From contig NC_086118.1 of NCBI RefSeq assembly GCF_963921235.1, forward strand, positions 15,068,001 to 15,132,000: 64,000 nucleotides of DNA, given 5' to 3'. Below the pieces are notes generated by a model. The model was given only the letters and a program-made list of their open reading frames with translations, was not told where the DNA came from and did not search any database. A program made the translations under genes and the position numbers. The stretch is from Mobula hypostoma (taxonomy: Eukaryota). Numbering within the stretch: the stretch's first letter is position 1; every line of letters starts with the position of its first letter. Of the stretch, positions 51,376 to 64,000 are shown piece after piece.

Positions 51376-52164
51376 CTTCGATTTTGCAAAAGCAGCCTCA
51401 CATTGCACATTTGGATAGTGTTTGATGGTACACAATCAAGTTTTTTTTTAAAGATAATCTGCTTGCCAAATGTTCTTAGCACCAAAATGATGAAAGAAAA
51501 CAGTTGCATTACTTGATGCCAATGGAGGAGAGAGTAATCTCTCACTGAAGTTACACTCAGTTTTGCTCCTTTTTGAAACTGTTTGTTCCAGATAGTAACC
51601 AACTATGTAAATTAAGGTTCTGGCCCATATCACATTACAGCACTAGGATGCCAGATCACACTGAAGCTAATATCACTGTGGAGTAAAACAAGTCTCAAGA
51701 GGACTTAAATGTTGGCAAGCTTGTCTGCATACCTTTCCCTACCCAGTACCAACCAATCAGCCTTACCACATTTATAAAGTGTGAATTCTCCTGGCCAAAC
51801 TCTCTCCTTATTAAATGTTTGCCAGGAATAGGCAGAGTTCTGTGAAAATGCATAAACACAGTTACAGTCCAGATGAAGGGCCCAACCTGAAACTCTGACT
51901 GTCCACTTACCTCCAGATGTTGCCTGACCCAATGAGTTCTTCAAACAGTAACTTGTTGCTGCAGATTACAGTATTTTATGTCTTCATTTTAGAGATCTCC
52001 CTGACACCAGTGGAAGACTTGACTACTCCTCACCAAAGTCCCATTGCTGCATTTCCAGCATTGCATTCTACTTTGTAGTCACTGCCGATAGACACATAGC
52101 TAACGCAGTACAACTCCAGTTTAAGTCAGTCATTGACTTTTTTATACATAGGTCAATTTCTGTT

Positions 52165-52466
52165 GGTGTGTGGCCAAGTGGTTAAGGCGTTGGTCTAGTG
52201 ATCTGAAGGTCGCTAGTTCGAGCCTCAGCTGAGGCAGTGTGTTGTGTCCTTGAGCAAGGCACTTAACCACACATTGCTCTGCAACGATACTGGTGCCAAG
52301 CTGTATGGGTCCTAATGCCCTTCCCTTGGACAACATTGGTGGCGTGGAGAGGGGAGACTTGCAGCATGGGCAACTGCAGGTCTTCCATACAACCTCGCCC
52401 AGGCCTGCGCCCTGGAAACATTCCAAGGCGCAAATCCATGGTCTCATGAGACTAACGGATGCCTAT
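52165..52466 (+). mobile_element. Full-length tRNA-derived SINE with CORE-like block
   Basis: A box TGGCCAAGTGG, B box GTTCGAGCC, TGTGTCCTTGAGCAAGGCACTTAACC; 10-bp TSD AATTTCTGTT at 52155-52164 and 52467-52476. Confidence 0.9.
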
Positions 52467-52596
52467 AATTTCTGTTCACACTTGGGCCTAGAAATTAAAG
52501 TGTGCTTGGAAAGTTGCAGGGAAATAGTACTGCAAATGAGTTCCACCAGTTTATCCCAGTGCCATTAATAAATAGGACCAAACGCTGTACCCTACT

Positions 52597-53010
52597 CACT
52601 CGGCCTTTTCTCCTTGGAGCGATGGAGGATGAGAGGTGACTTGATAGAGGTGTACAAGATAATGAGAGGCACTGATTGTGTGGATAGTCAGAGGCTTTTC
52701 TGCAGGGCTGAAATGGCTAGCACAAGAGGGCATGGTTTTAAGGTGCTTGAAAGTAGGTACAGAGGAGATGTCAGGGGTAAGTTTTTTTTATACACAGAGT
52801 GGTGAGTGCGTGGAATGGGCTGCAGGCGGCGGTGGTGGAGGTAGAAACAACAGGGTGTTTTCAGAGACTCCTGGATGGCTACATGTGGCTTAGAAAATTA
52901 GAGGGCTATGGGTAAAGCCTAGGTCGTTCTAAGGTAGGGATATGTTCGACACAGCTTTGTGGGCCCAAGGGCCTGTATTGTGCTGTATGTTTTCCATGTT
53001 TCCATGTTTA
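52597..53010 (+). mobile_element. CR1 3' end (same subfamily as 3355-4183)
   Basis: MRGDLIEVYKIMRG...TRGHGFKV; tail TTTCCATGTTTCCATGTT. Confidence 0.88.
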
Positions 53011-53680
53011 CATTTGACAATACTCCCATATTTCACATTAGTGAATTCAGCCCACCATATCATGGGTAAAGCCCTCCCAACCTATTGAGCCCACCTGTCA
53101 CAGGAAAGCAGCATCCATCATCAAAGATCCTCACCACCTGGGTCATGCTTTCCTCTTGCTATTGCCATCAGGAAAGAAGGTACAAGGGCATCTTGTCTTG
53201 CACCACCAGGTTCAAGAACAGTTACTACTACCCCTCAACCATTAGGCTCTTGAAGAAAAGGGGATAACTACACTCACTTGCCCCACTAATGATCTCACTT
53301 TAAGGACTCTTTATCTCATTGTCTCACGTTCTCATTATTTATTGCTATTTAATTATATTTGCATTTGCACAGTGTGTTGTCTTCTACATTCTGGTTGTTC
53401 TTTCATTGATCCTAGAGTATCATCCTATCAACTGCAAGAATGCATCTGTTCCCCAAAGCACCTGTGGAAATGAATAGAGAGTCAACGTTTTGGGCTGTCG
53501 CCCTTCTTCAGTACTCTTCCCCAATGCATGTCAGTTGTCTTCCTGCTGTATTTTTCAGGTCTTTAATAATTTAATAAGGAAATGAGCACGATGAATGATA
53601 CTAATTTAAAGAAAGAGAGCTGCAAAATGTGGAAAAAGTGTAAAATAAAAGGGACAATAGAATGAACCATACCTGACATC

Positions 53681-54105
53681 TGTCACAACCACAGATTCAG
53701 CGGCGCAGCAGATATGGCAATTGCGCTCATGAATATGCACATGTCAGCTGATTATTATTTCATTATGATGGCATTTAACTCCATTCTTTTTGTCGTAGCA
53801 CTTGTCGAGACTTGAGCAAAGCACAGCAATGTTTAACTGCCTGCTTGCATTCGGCTTTGCCTGAGAAATTGAACTGTCAAGGCAACTGCCTCTGAAGACT
53901 AACGGTATTCGTTTTCTATTTAGTTATTTCTTTCAGCTGCAGTATTGGCTTCGTTTTCTATTTGAGAGTTTTGTTAACGTCCCTGTTTGCCTAGCGTTTA
54001 TTGTTTTCTTTACCCTCCAACTCTGTTTGTATTAAAGTCTGTGAACTATCAACTCTCTTCAGTGTCTTCTGCTCCGCACTTGGACCATATCCGAACGTAG
54101 CGATA
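53681..54105 (+). mobile_element. Probable solo LTR
   Basis: Starts TGTCACAACC, has ATTAAA near the 3' end and more CpG than the flanks. No clear TSD or terminal CA found. Confidence 0.4.
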
Positions 54106-55211
54106 GTATTGACAAATTGACTAGAAATTGTAGTGCTCTCCAACTAGATGGGCACAGCAGCAGATTGCCAAGGACTGCTTCACAGTCATTGTGGACAAGT
54201 GACGAATTATTGCCCAAGCTTGCAATTGGAAAGTTTCTCCTTATTTCACCTTTCAGAGGGGGAAATTTAAGTGGATAATTAGTGGTGCTGGGTGTGCATG
54301 AGGTTGGGCATGGGAGACTGCCACATGGTCTTTCTGCTGGTTAGGAGAGAATGAAGGCCTGGCAGAATATTGAAATGGGGTGGGTTGGGGGAAGAGGGAT
54401 GAATAAACTGAGGCAGTAGCAGAGTGCACCGATAGGAGACGACTGGAAATCAAGGGGTGTTGGGATATTGCAGGTTAGGGCACATACAGAAGAAGCTAAA
54501 TAACCTGTTTCCTTTTCACATGTTCAGATACAGCACTGTACCTCGAGGACCATTTCATTCCAATTGTTTGCATTGCAACACAGACCAAGTTAAATGAAAG
54601 GCCACTGAGCTGCAAAGCTCACCAATTCCAAGAAATGACCAAGACAATTTCTGGGAGGATGGAAAAATTGATCCATCCAGCCTAAATGACACAATCAAAC
54701 ATGAATTACAAAGTGAAGGGCAAACAAGAAAGAGAAAAATATTTATGGAAGACAATTATTGTCATCCTTGATCAACACCAGCATATTTCAATGGGATGTT
54801 CTGAAACATACTGGTTTAAAATCTTGGAAATATAAATATACATAGGATAAGTATGATTAAAAAACTGAAGAGGAAATTATTGAATGCAAATATTACTTTC
54901 AAGGAAAAATAGATATTTGAAGTAGAACCAGATTTGACTGGAAGTAACCTCTCACTGAACTGATTGACTCCAGCTTTGAAAGTGCTTTTGGTTTAATCCA
55001 GAGTTGTTACAGATAAAATGCTCATCTCATAACTACTGGCAGTATGTGCATTCTCCAACATTGCTAATGTGCCAAGCACACAAAGTACGAAGAAAAAAGT
55101 AAATACAAAGTAAATTTATTATCAAAGTACACGAATGTCACTATACACACCCCTGAGATTCATTTTCTTGTGGGCATTTACAGTATATCTAAGAACCATA
55201 ATAGAATCAAT

Positions 55212-55575
55212 GAGCCATAGAACACTACAGCACAGAAAACAGGCCATTCAGCCCCTCTAATCTGTGCCAAAACTTTATTCCACTAGTCCCATTGAGCTGC
55301 ACCCAGTCCATAACCCTCCAGATCTCTCCCATCCATAAATCTATCCAATTTATTCTTAAAACTTAAGAGTGAGCCCGCATTTACCACGTCAGATGGCAGC
55401 TCGTTCCACACTCCCACCACTCTCTGAGTGAAGAAGTTCCCCCTAATGTTCCCCCTAAACCTTTCCCCTTTCACCCTAAAGCCATGTCCTTTGGTATTTA
55501 TCTCTCCTAATCTAAGTGGAAAGAGCCTACTCGCATTTACTCTGTCTACAGCCCTCATAATTTTGTAAATCTCCT
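55212..55575 (-). mobile_element. CR1 3' end nested in a Rex-tail element
   Basis: IYKIMRAVDRV...FFTQRVVGVWNELP...FKNKLDRFM. Confidence 0.88.
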
Positions 55576-55655
55576 CATAATTTTGAAAGACCACTCCCAA
55601 CGGGATGGACAAACCATTAATACGTAGTAGGCAATAAATTGTACAAATACAGAAA

Positions 55656-55705
55656 GATAGATAGATAGATAAACAAACAAACAAACAAACAAGCAAGCAA
55701 GCAAA
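55656..55705. repeat. Compound microsatellite (GATA)n(AACA)n(AGCA)n
   Basis: Read directly from the sequence. Confidence 0.9.
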
Positions 55706-55834
55706 AAATATCAAGAACATGAGAATCACTGAAAGGTGAGTCCATAGGTTGTGGGAACCCATTCAGTGATGAAATGAATGAAATCGACTGCAGTGAGGTT
55801 CTCAGTTATTTTCCTAGTCTAGATTAATCTAAAT

Positions 55835-55912
55835 CAGGGGTGCCAGCCTGGGGTCCATGGATTCCTTGCTTGGTGGTATTGGTCCATGGCATAAAAAAGA
55901 TTGGAACCCCTG
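55835..55912. mobile_element. 78-bp hAT/Charlie-type MITE
   Basis: Ends CAGGGG...CCCCTG; 8-bp TSD ATCTAAAT (55827-55834) / ATCTAAGT (55913-55920). Confidence 0.7.
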
Positions 55913-56829
55913 ATCTAAGTTAACATAGGCTGATTCACTTGGGGAGAAGGTGTACCTTTCATTAAGTCAGGGAGAATGACTGTTGTGAGGTTCATTGGAA
56001 ATTTATCACTGCTATGCCGATGCTGTTCATGTAAGGATTGTGCAGTGTTGACAGTGAATATGCTTCAGGGAATGGCAAAGGAATGCAGGAAAGCTGAGAA
56101 TTAGATTCGTAAAAGTCCTAAAAGTACTAACCTCCCCAGCAGATGTGATAAAGATCAGATAACTAAGTTAATCATTTGTATGTATTGGCTGGTATCCTGG
56201 TGTTAGTTTTGGAGATCCTCCATCACAAATCAACTACAGCAGCTTAAATGTTTAAAATACCTATTACAGCATTTGTTTTGACATCTATTTGCAGTTTTCA
56301 GTTATTTAGCATGATAAATGATTTATTTCCAAAAGGTTGTGGAGTAAAAGGCCTCTTGGCATTTTTTTATTACAAGGAAGTTTGTTTATTTTGATCAAAT
56401 TATGAACTCTGTCCACTTTTTACACTAGTCTTAAATAGGAACTAAATGAAAGGCTTTGCAATGAATCAACTGCAATTGCTTACCAGCCTGTTAGTAATGC
56501 ACTGCACTCAAAATGCAGTTTTTAAAAACTTAATTCAATTAACATCTGAACAGATGAAAAGGGAAAGGACTAGTCTCAAAAGCCATTTAGACTGTTCCCT
56601 CAGTGTATAATTATGGTTCATTCATTACACTGTCCTTCTTGGCCTGTCCTCCTTTTCCTTATTTCCTTCCGTATCCTAAAATCTACGACCCAAAATCTGA
56701 ACATCGTTAATGACTGATCATGCAGAGCCATCTGGAGAAGGGAATTTCTCAGTCTCAGCCCTCTGAGTAAAGGCATTTATCCTTGTCTCATCTTAAATTT
56801 CTGGCTTCTTGTTCTGAGACTGGCAGCCA

Positions 56830-57132
56830 GACGCCTGGATCACTGATCCAAAGACACGTGTTTGAATTCCACAACTGTGGAAACCTAGATTCAAATAATT
56901 AAATCAATCTGCATTACTTAAAGAGAAAGCAAGTCTCAGTAGTGTTGACAATGAAAGTGTTGAATTGTCCTAAAATCCCCATCTGTTCATCTTTGTCCTG
57001 CAGACCAGGAAACCAGCATCCTTCACTTGTCTGTTCGAAATGTGACTCCAGTCCCATCCATGGAGTTGACCCTTAACTGTTGGCACAGGAGTGATTGTAG
57101 ATGGACAATAACCCAGCAATGTAGACATTTCC
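56830..57132 (+). mobile_element. Old tRNA-derived SINE
   Basis: B-box-like GTTTGAATTCC and body CCCATCTGTTCA...ATGTGACTCCAG...GTTGACCCTTAACTG, resembling common shark/ray SINEs as I recall them. Confidence 0.5.
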
Positions 57133-57134
57133 AT

Positions 57135-57670
57135 ATAACCATATAATAATTACAGCATGAAAACAGGGCATCTCAGCCCTTCTAGTCCGTGCCGAACACT
57201 TACTCCCACCTAGTCCCACCGACCTGCACTCAGTCCATAACCCTCCATTCCTTTCCTGTCCATATAGTTATACAATTTTGCTTTAAATGACAATATCAAA
57301 CCTGCCTCTACCACCTCTACTGGAAGCTCGTTCCACACAGCTACCACCCTCTGAGTAAAGATGTTCCCCCTCATGTTACCCCTAAACTTTCTCAACACAT
57401 GTCCTCTTGTTTGAATCTCCCCTACTCTCAATGGAAAAAGCCTATCCATATCAACTCTATCTATCTCCCTCATAATTTTAAATACCTCTATCAAGTCCCC
57501 TCTCAACCTTCTACACTCCAAAGAATAAAGACCCAACTTGTTCAATCTTTCTCTGTAACTTTGGTGCTGAAACCCAGGTAACATTCTAGTAAATCTTCTC
57601 TCTATTTTGTTGGACATTTTTCCTATAATTTGGTGACCAGAACTGTACACAATACTCCAAATTTGGCCTT
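57135..57670 (-). mobile_element. CR1 3' fragment
   Basis: ORF 57210-57650 RRFTRMLPG...RLRGDLIEVFK...FTQRVVAVWNELP; (ATATGGTT) tail. Confidence 0.9.
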
Positions 57671-60649
57671 ACCCAGTAATGTCTACATCCCAAAAAGTAA
57701 AATCTATCCTCCTGGTAACAATCCCACAAGTCAGATTTGTCAACGTCCATTCATGAAACTGTGATAATGTTGGCCAATTATGTAACAAGCATCATGTGCT
57801 TAATGTGATTGTGTACAATCAATACAAGCTATCTAGTCTTCCATTCCATATTTTCCCTCTCCTTTCTTTCTTATATTTACAAATTTCAATATTCATGAAT
57901 GTTCCAAAGGATGAGGAATTTGGAAGATTATTGTTATTGTATCTATGCAACCAACTCTTTAGGACCAGAGTATCTGATAGTCATGAGGTCATTTGTTTTC
58001 TCCACCATGTTTTCCTTTTCTAATAATTGCTTTGTTCCTCCCATTCATGAGACGTTTGGTTCTTCACTTTTTTGAGTCAGATTATTGTGTTTTCTACTGT
58101 TATACATAGTTCTTGTTTACCTTCTCAGCTCTTCTCATTCCCCAGTAGAACTTCTACTGCTCCTGCCTTTAAGGTTTATATTTTTGTCACCCTATTCCTT
58201 TTTATCTATTTCTAAAACTTTTACAATCTTCTCATGTGGCCTTACTTTCTTGAGTATGGATTGCTGCTCCGACTCGCCTCTCAGGAACTATCTTCTCTGA
58301 AACTGGAAAGTGGATGTTGCTCACACAAACTAACAGTGACCGATATAACTATATCACTGTTAGATAGTGGATTGGAATCAGCTTTGTCCATATAAATACT
58401 CTGCTTATACCACCTCCAGCTTAATTATCATGTCTAGACTTCCGCCTCAGTCAATGGCACTGATGTTCCTCTCAAAATCTGTCATTATCCTCTCATCTCT
58501 TCTGTTTCTGCAATCACAATTATATGATTTGGCAAGACATTAGTCCAGATTCATTGGAGCTCTTCTGGGTGGAAGGATCCCTTTCTTCTCCCATTCTAAG
58601 TCTCCTGTGAATTAACCACCAGATGATAATGTTAAAGAAAGGCAGAGAGCCTGAAAGGTAGAGAGGTTTATGATGAAAATTCTTAGGTTAAGTACCTGTG
58701 GTGAGTTAATATTATATATAAACTAGTTCTTCAGTGGTAGAACATGGTGATGTAATCACATGGATGTACCACCTGTTGCGAGTTACTTGCTGTTAAACTC
58801 TGAGGCTTCCGTGATCTGTAAGGAGAACTTGGGAGTTTTCAGAACAGCGTTACCAGCAGTCCAGGATTATCCACTATCCACCTTGAAATCTGTAACAGGG
58901 CCTAGGCAGCTGAAGCAAATAGTATTCAGCATTGAGTGATGATAATTGTTTAAGTAGGGACTACACTTATTTAAACTATTTTTCAAATTGTAACAATTCA
59001 ATCTATTGGAACAAACACAAATGGTTAAGGACTGTGTGGCTCCCAGAATTTCTGGTATTTCTGTAGGCACAATATAGTCTATTCACAAGTATCTAGTAGT
59101 TTTCTACAAATTTTAGCGAACATGATTTGCCTTTCAGGAAATGCAATGAACACCACAAAAAATCTTTCCACAAAGCTTGTGTAAAACCATAGGGGCCTAC
59201 ATAATGGCAACATAAATGGCTTAATACAGAAACAGATAAATAATGTGTGGAAATTTCAACTACACAGCACAATTTTTTTTTTTAAAAATTGGTAAAGCTA
59301 GTGTGAAGTATAGAAACATGATGGAAAAAATTTGCTCCATCTTTTCATCAGCAGTTTATGTCAAATCTAACTTGTATATTTTCAGCACTAAAAAGTATGC
59401 AATTACCGAAAGGGCTGTCATTTTGTTATGACTGAATTCAAAATGCCCTGCTCAGGTCAAGCAAAACTACTGGATCTTAAAGCAACACACACAAAAAAAG
59501 TTATAGATCAAGAGGACAGCTACTATGACTCTTGTGAAAAAGTACTGCAATTCAATCTGTTCAAAGCACTCCAAAAAAAAAGGCAATCTACCTCCTTATC
59601 CATGGTAAGTGAAACATTTTGGAAAAGCTATGACAATGTTGCCCATCTGATCACAACAGGAATATGAATTGAGGATGAGAGAGGGTGGGTTCAAAGGGGA
59701 TGTGAGAAGTAAGTTTTTATCACACAGAGTGACGACTGCCTGGTATGGTGGTTAAGGCAAATACATAGAGGCTTTTAAGAGGCATTTAGGTAGGTACACG
59801 GATGTAATGAAATTGGAGGAATACAGACATTGTGTTGGTAGGAGGGATTAGTTTTGGGGGGTTTTTGATTTACTTTTTAGCTGGTTTCACAACATTGTGA
59901 GCTGAAGGACCTGTTCCTATGCTGTAAAATCCAAAATTATCTGACTTCCAGGTGCCATTTCAATAGCTCTCCATATCAAAAAAGTAGGAATTGCTCATGG
60001 ATACTTTTGTTATGGAAAATATTCTTTTGAACTCATCGATCTTATGATGGAAGTAATCTGTCACTGTGCATGCATCTCAGTGGTATGGTAATGTTGATTT
60101 ATCCTCATTGCAGTTAGAGAATAAAACCTCGTGGTTCTCATAACTCAATTTCCTTACATTGTACGCTATTGGAAGACCATTAAGCAATGTGAGTAGCTTG
60201 AAAAAATAATTTCCAGTGGCTCACATCCAGGTAGTTTTTTCATTCCACAAATATTTTCCACACTTTGCGAATCACCTGCATGCATTAAATTGCAAACAGA
60301 TTGTATAAGTTGTTGATCATTATAGCATATCTATAAATGTTTAGGAATAATAAAACGTACATGTGTTCTGCATAAAACCCATCAATGAGTCTGTCTGCCA
60401 GTGTTGAGGGAGATTTGAACTGTTCTACATGTAGCCCTCACCTAGATAAAATCCTTGCATTTCCAGTTACTTTAATATCATACAAATTTAGCTGAAGTTG
60501 CAACTACTTCATTGTATTCCTAAAATAGTTACAACCTAAAAAAAGTTTAATAAAATGGATAAACTATAACTTAATTTACATCAAATCATATAAATGATTA
60601 GAAAACATAAATATAAATGACAAAGAATAGCTGAGTTATATATTGTCAC

Positions 60650-62040
60650 AAAAGGTTGTCACAGTATGCAATAAGCTATAAGATCAGTTGGAAATATGGA
60701 GGTGAAATGGCAGATAGAGTTTAATCAAGATTAATGTAAGGTGTTGCACTTTGAGTGGTCAAATGTAAGAAAGTATACAGTACGCGCTAAAACTGTTAGG
60801 AGCATTGATGCATAGAGGGGACATGAGGAGCATCTCCAGAGCTCCCTGAAGGTAGCAACACAACTGGATAGGGTGGTGAAGAAAACATGTGGTGTGCTTG
60901 CCCTTGAGTTTTAAAATTGGGAAGTCATAATGCAGCTGTATAAAACTTTGGAACTTTCTGTGCAATTTTGTTTGCCATATTACAGGAAGGATATGATGTC
61001 TTTGGAGAGGGTGCATAGCAGGTTCATCAAGATGTTGCCTGGATTAAAGAGTATTAATTATGAAGAGACATTGTACATGAACTGTTGTACATGTGCCCCT
61101 CACCTAGATAAAATTATGAAAGGCAACAAGCTATCCTCCAGAGAAAACAATTTCATAAAATTACGAGATGCAGAGCCAGGGTAAATAATCAGGGTGGAAA
61201 TATAAATTACTGGAGGGCATACATAGATGTCAGGTAATGGGGTAAAGTTTAAAGAAGATTTACAAGGCATGTTTTATTTCAACATAAATACAGGTATCTG
61301 CTGTTCCTAATGAAGAGGCCACTGAGTGTATGTTAGTAGTCTTCTGTTGCTGTAGTTCATCCACTTCAAGGTTGGGTGTGTAGTGCATTCAGGGACAGTC
61401 TTCTGCACATCAATGTTGTAATGAGTGGTTATTTGAGTTACTGTTGCCCTCCTGTCTGCTTGAACCAATCTGGCCATTCTCCATTGACCTCTCTCATTAA
61501 CAAGGTGTTTTCGCCCACAGACACGCCAGTCTCTGGTTATTTCTTGTTTTCACATCATTCTCTGTAAACTCTGTGGATGTGTGTGAAAATCCCAGGAATT
61601 CAGCAGTTTCTGACATACTCCAACCACCGTTTCCGGCACCTCTAATCGTTCCACAGTCAAGATCACTTAGGTCATATTTCTTCCCCATTTTGATGTTTGG
61701 ATTGAACAACACCCAAACCTCTTGACCATGTCAGCATTGAGTTGCTGCCACATGATTGGTTGATTAGATATTTGCATTAACAAGCAGGTGTACAGAAGTA
61801 CCTAATAAAATGGCCACTGAGCGTAGACTGTTGTAGGTGCTTGGAACCTACACCAAGGGAGGTGGTGAAAGCACGTGTAATAATATACAAGAGGCATTTG
61901 GACAGGCATATGAACTGGCAGTGGATGAAGAGATATGGCCATGTGCGGGCAAATGTAGAGTATAAATTGGCATTGTGGTGGATCAATGGTGGAACAAGTC
62001 AAAAGGCATTTTCCTGTGCTGTAAGGTTCTATGTTCCAAA
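60650..62040 (+). mobile_element. Old CR1 3' portion, interrupted by a Tc1 derivative
   Basis: KWQIEFN..CKVLHF, LYKTL, LERVHSRFIKMLPG; resumes after 61825 with WNLHQG...YKRHLDRHM. Confidence 0.75.
61291..61823 (-). mobile_element. Tc1/mariner deletion derivative (same family as 7510-8345)
   Basis: TIR CCTAATAAAATGGCCACTGAGCG + TA; remnant MGKKYDLSDLDCGTI...SMSETAEFLGFSHT. Confidence 0.85.
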
Positions 62041-64000
62041 ACTCCATGAAATAATTTCTCACTCTTGATAACAGCAATTAGAAAATACGAAGATTTAGAA
62101 TACAACATTTTGGCAAATGTACACGTAGAATAATGTTACTTAAATGAAAAAAATTTTTACAAATTCCCCAATACTCTCAGAAATTCTCTGAAAAAGCCAT
62201 TTAACACAACTTGCGCCACACCACAAAGGCTGAAGGACATTTGTACCTTTTTGCTTAGCTTTGCACGGGAAGTGGATGGACTGAAAACAGAAGATACTTT
62301 CAGATTTCAAGACTGGATACTTATTCTGAGAGAACGTACACCTCGAAGGTGATGGAGGAAATTAGGGAAAATGTTCAACACATAATAATGTGCAAATGAT
62401 ATATTTTATCTCCCACTTCTCTCAACCACACAAACTTCCGACCTGTGCCTTGTAAGGCATAAAAAAATGCCCGACGCAAGCTTCTCAAGGTCTGAGTCGA
62501 CGTTCCCTCTCTCAACCAACTAGAGTCTATGGATTCTGCAAATCTTCTCCATGAGTCAACTGAAAATCTACTGGATGAGTCTTTAATTGACACAAGGATT
62601 TGCCTGTGTTGCCTTTTTCCTTCCAGTTTCTCCACAAGCATGAGATTAGATGCCCTGCATAAAAATTAAAATCAGTACAGCTGGCAACAGATGCAAGACT
62701 GCTGTCCTTCCTGATTAGTTCCCCAGATGTTGCTCCTTGTCAGAGGATGATGATTTAAACATTTCTTCCTGGGATTCAACTGGCATTCCTTAAACGGCAT
62801 TTACTTTCCAGCACTAATTGCCTTGTTCAACTGAGCTACTTCTGGAGTCAGTTCAGACTCAGCTGTGGGATTGGAGTTACTTAAGGCATTATTCTCAAAA
62901 AACGGGTAATTTCATTTAGTTTTCCAGGTAGAAATTACTTCCTGTGTTTTCAGTTAAGGAAGTATATTTGATGTCTCTTTTGAAAACAAGTTATGCCCAA
63001 GATAGAGGTCAATTTTACTTTCTTTGTTTGGATGATTGAGATCAGGTTTTCTATCATGTATAGAGCTGACTCTGCAAAGCGAGGACATTCCATGGACAGT
63101 TTAATTTGAGAAATCTGGAAATCATAAATATAGCTCTGTGACTAAACATTAGTTGATGCTATGAATGCAGCTCTACCTTAATACTAACATTTTATCTGAC
63201 GAGGAGGTTCAACCTCACTTTGTCTGTGTTCTCTTTCCATCGCCGCTACTCACTCGCAGAGAGTTTGCAGCATTCTGTATTTTTATTTGCTATTAATGTT
63301 TTTTTGCCCCCTTCATTTTCCTCACAGGGATATAAAGGGGTGGAAGATTCTATGATGAGTGTAGCTCCATAGGAATCAGTGCTCTTCGATATCTTACAGA
63401 ACTTCACTGAGTTTCAGAAGGCTATTTAGCAAAGGCACTACAAAACTGACTTTTATCTCCGTATCTGATGGCCTGCACTTCCACCAAGGAATGCTGCTAC
63501 TGTTAATAACCCTCCAAACTCCCCAAACAAAATCAGTGAAGATAGAAGCAAGGCTCCAGCTATAAGGGCTCAGCCTCCAAATCATTGGGAGAATAAGAAA
63601 AGGAAATGATGTCATGGTTCAGCTGATCATCATAAATATTGACTTCATACAATTAGTTTCTCAGAGAATACAACAACCTACTCCTCCAAATTCAGCATTT
63701 ATTTCTATGGATACACATCTTAGATGTATGGGTTGTGTTTCTGTATTGGTAAAATGGAACATACAGTGGAAACATTTCAATAGACACACACATAGGTAAA
63801 TCAGTTTTTTTCAACTACAATCATTATTTGAATTACGATTCATATCTCTCCAAATATGAATCACATAGTTTTTGAAGTTTTCAATGTCAAAGTTAAAATC
63901 GCCTTAGAAACACTCTGGTACAATATGGAGACAGAACTGCTTTAAAAGACACTCTCTCATCTGAACTATCTTTAACAAAAACTCTTTAGACCTGCATAAT

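Noticed and set aside
52165..52240. tRNA gene
   Set aside because: The A and B boxes are the head of a SINE that has a body, tail, TSD and a second copy at 2030.
62200..63620. Host exons in the unique region near the window end
   Set aside because: The frames I translated contain stops or unrecognisable peptides, and the splice signals do not pair convincingly.

Overview
This is repeat-dense vertebrate genomic DNA, probably intergenic or intronic. The repeat families (HE1-like V-SINEs, CR1, Rex/Babar and Penelope-like elements) suggest a cartilaginous fish such as a ray or shark; that is an inference. I could not recognise any host protein-coding gene, and every long ORF derives from a transposon. 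The main elements are: a 5'-truncated Penelope-like element (PLE) with an open RT + GIY-YIG frame (about 101-1520); a second PLE fragment; a full-length but decayed Gypsy (Mag-like) LTR retrotransposon at 31696-36127 with a 5-bp TSD; long Rex/Babar and CR1 LINE copies; an internal L1 fragment; several tRNA-derived SINEs; and Tc1, Tigger and hAT derivatives, often nested. The most interesting hidden signal is about 10 dispersed copies of a minimal type-I hammerhead ribozyme motif carried by PLE terminal repeats. Some sit in short or fold-back insertions with their own TSDs, and the copy at 19456-19491 (minus) has an intact catalytic core. A Tigger3/MER2-like element that appears unusually close to the mammalian consensus is a horizontal-transfer candidate. 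All alignments and folds were done by eye, so boundaries of old repeats are approximate.
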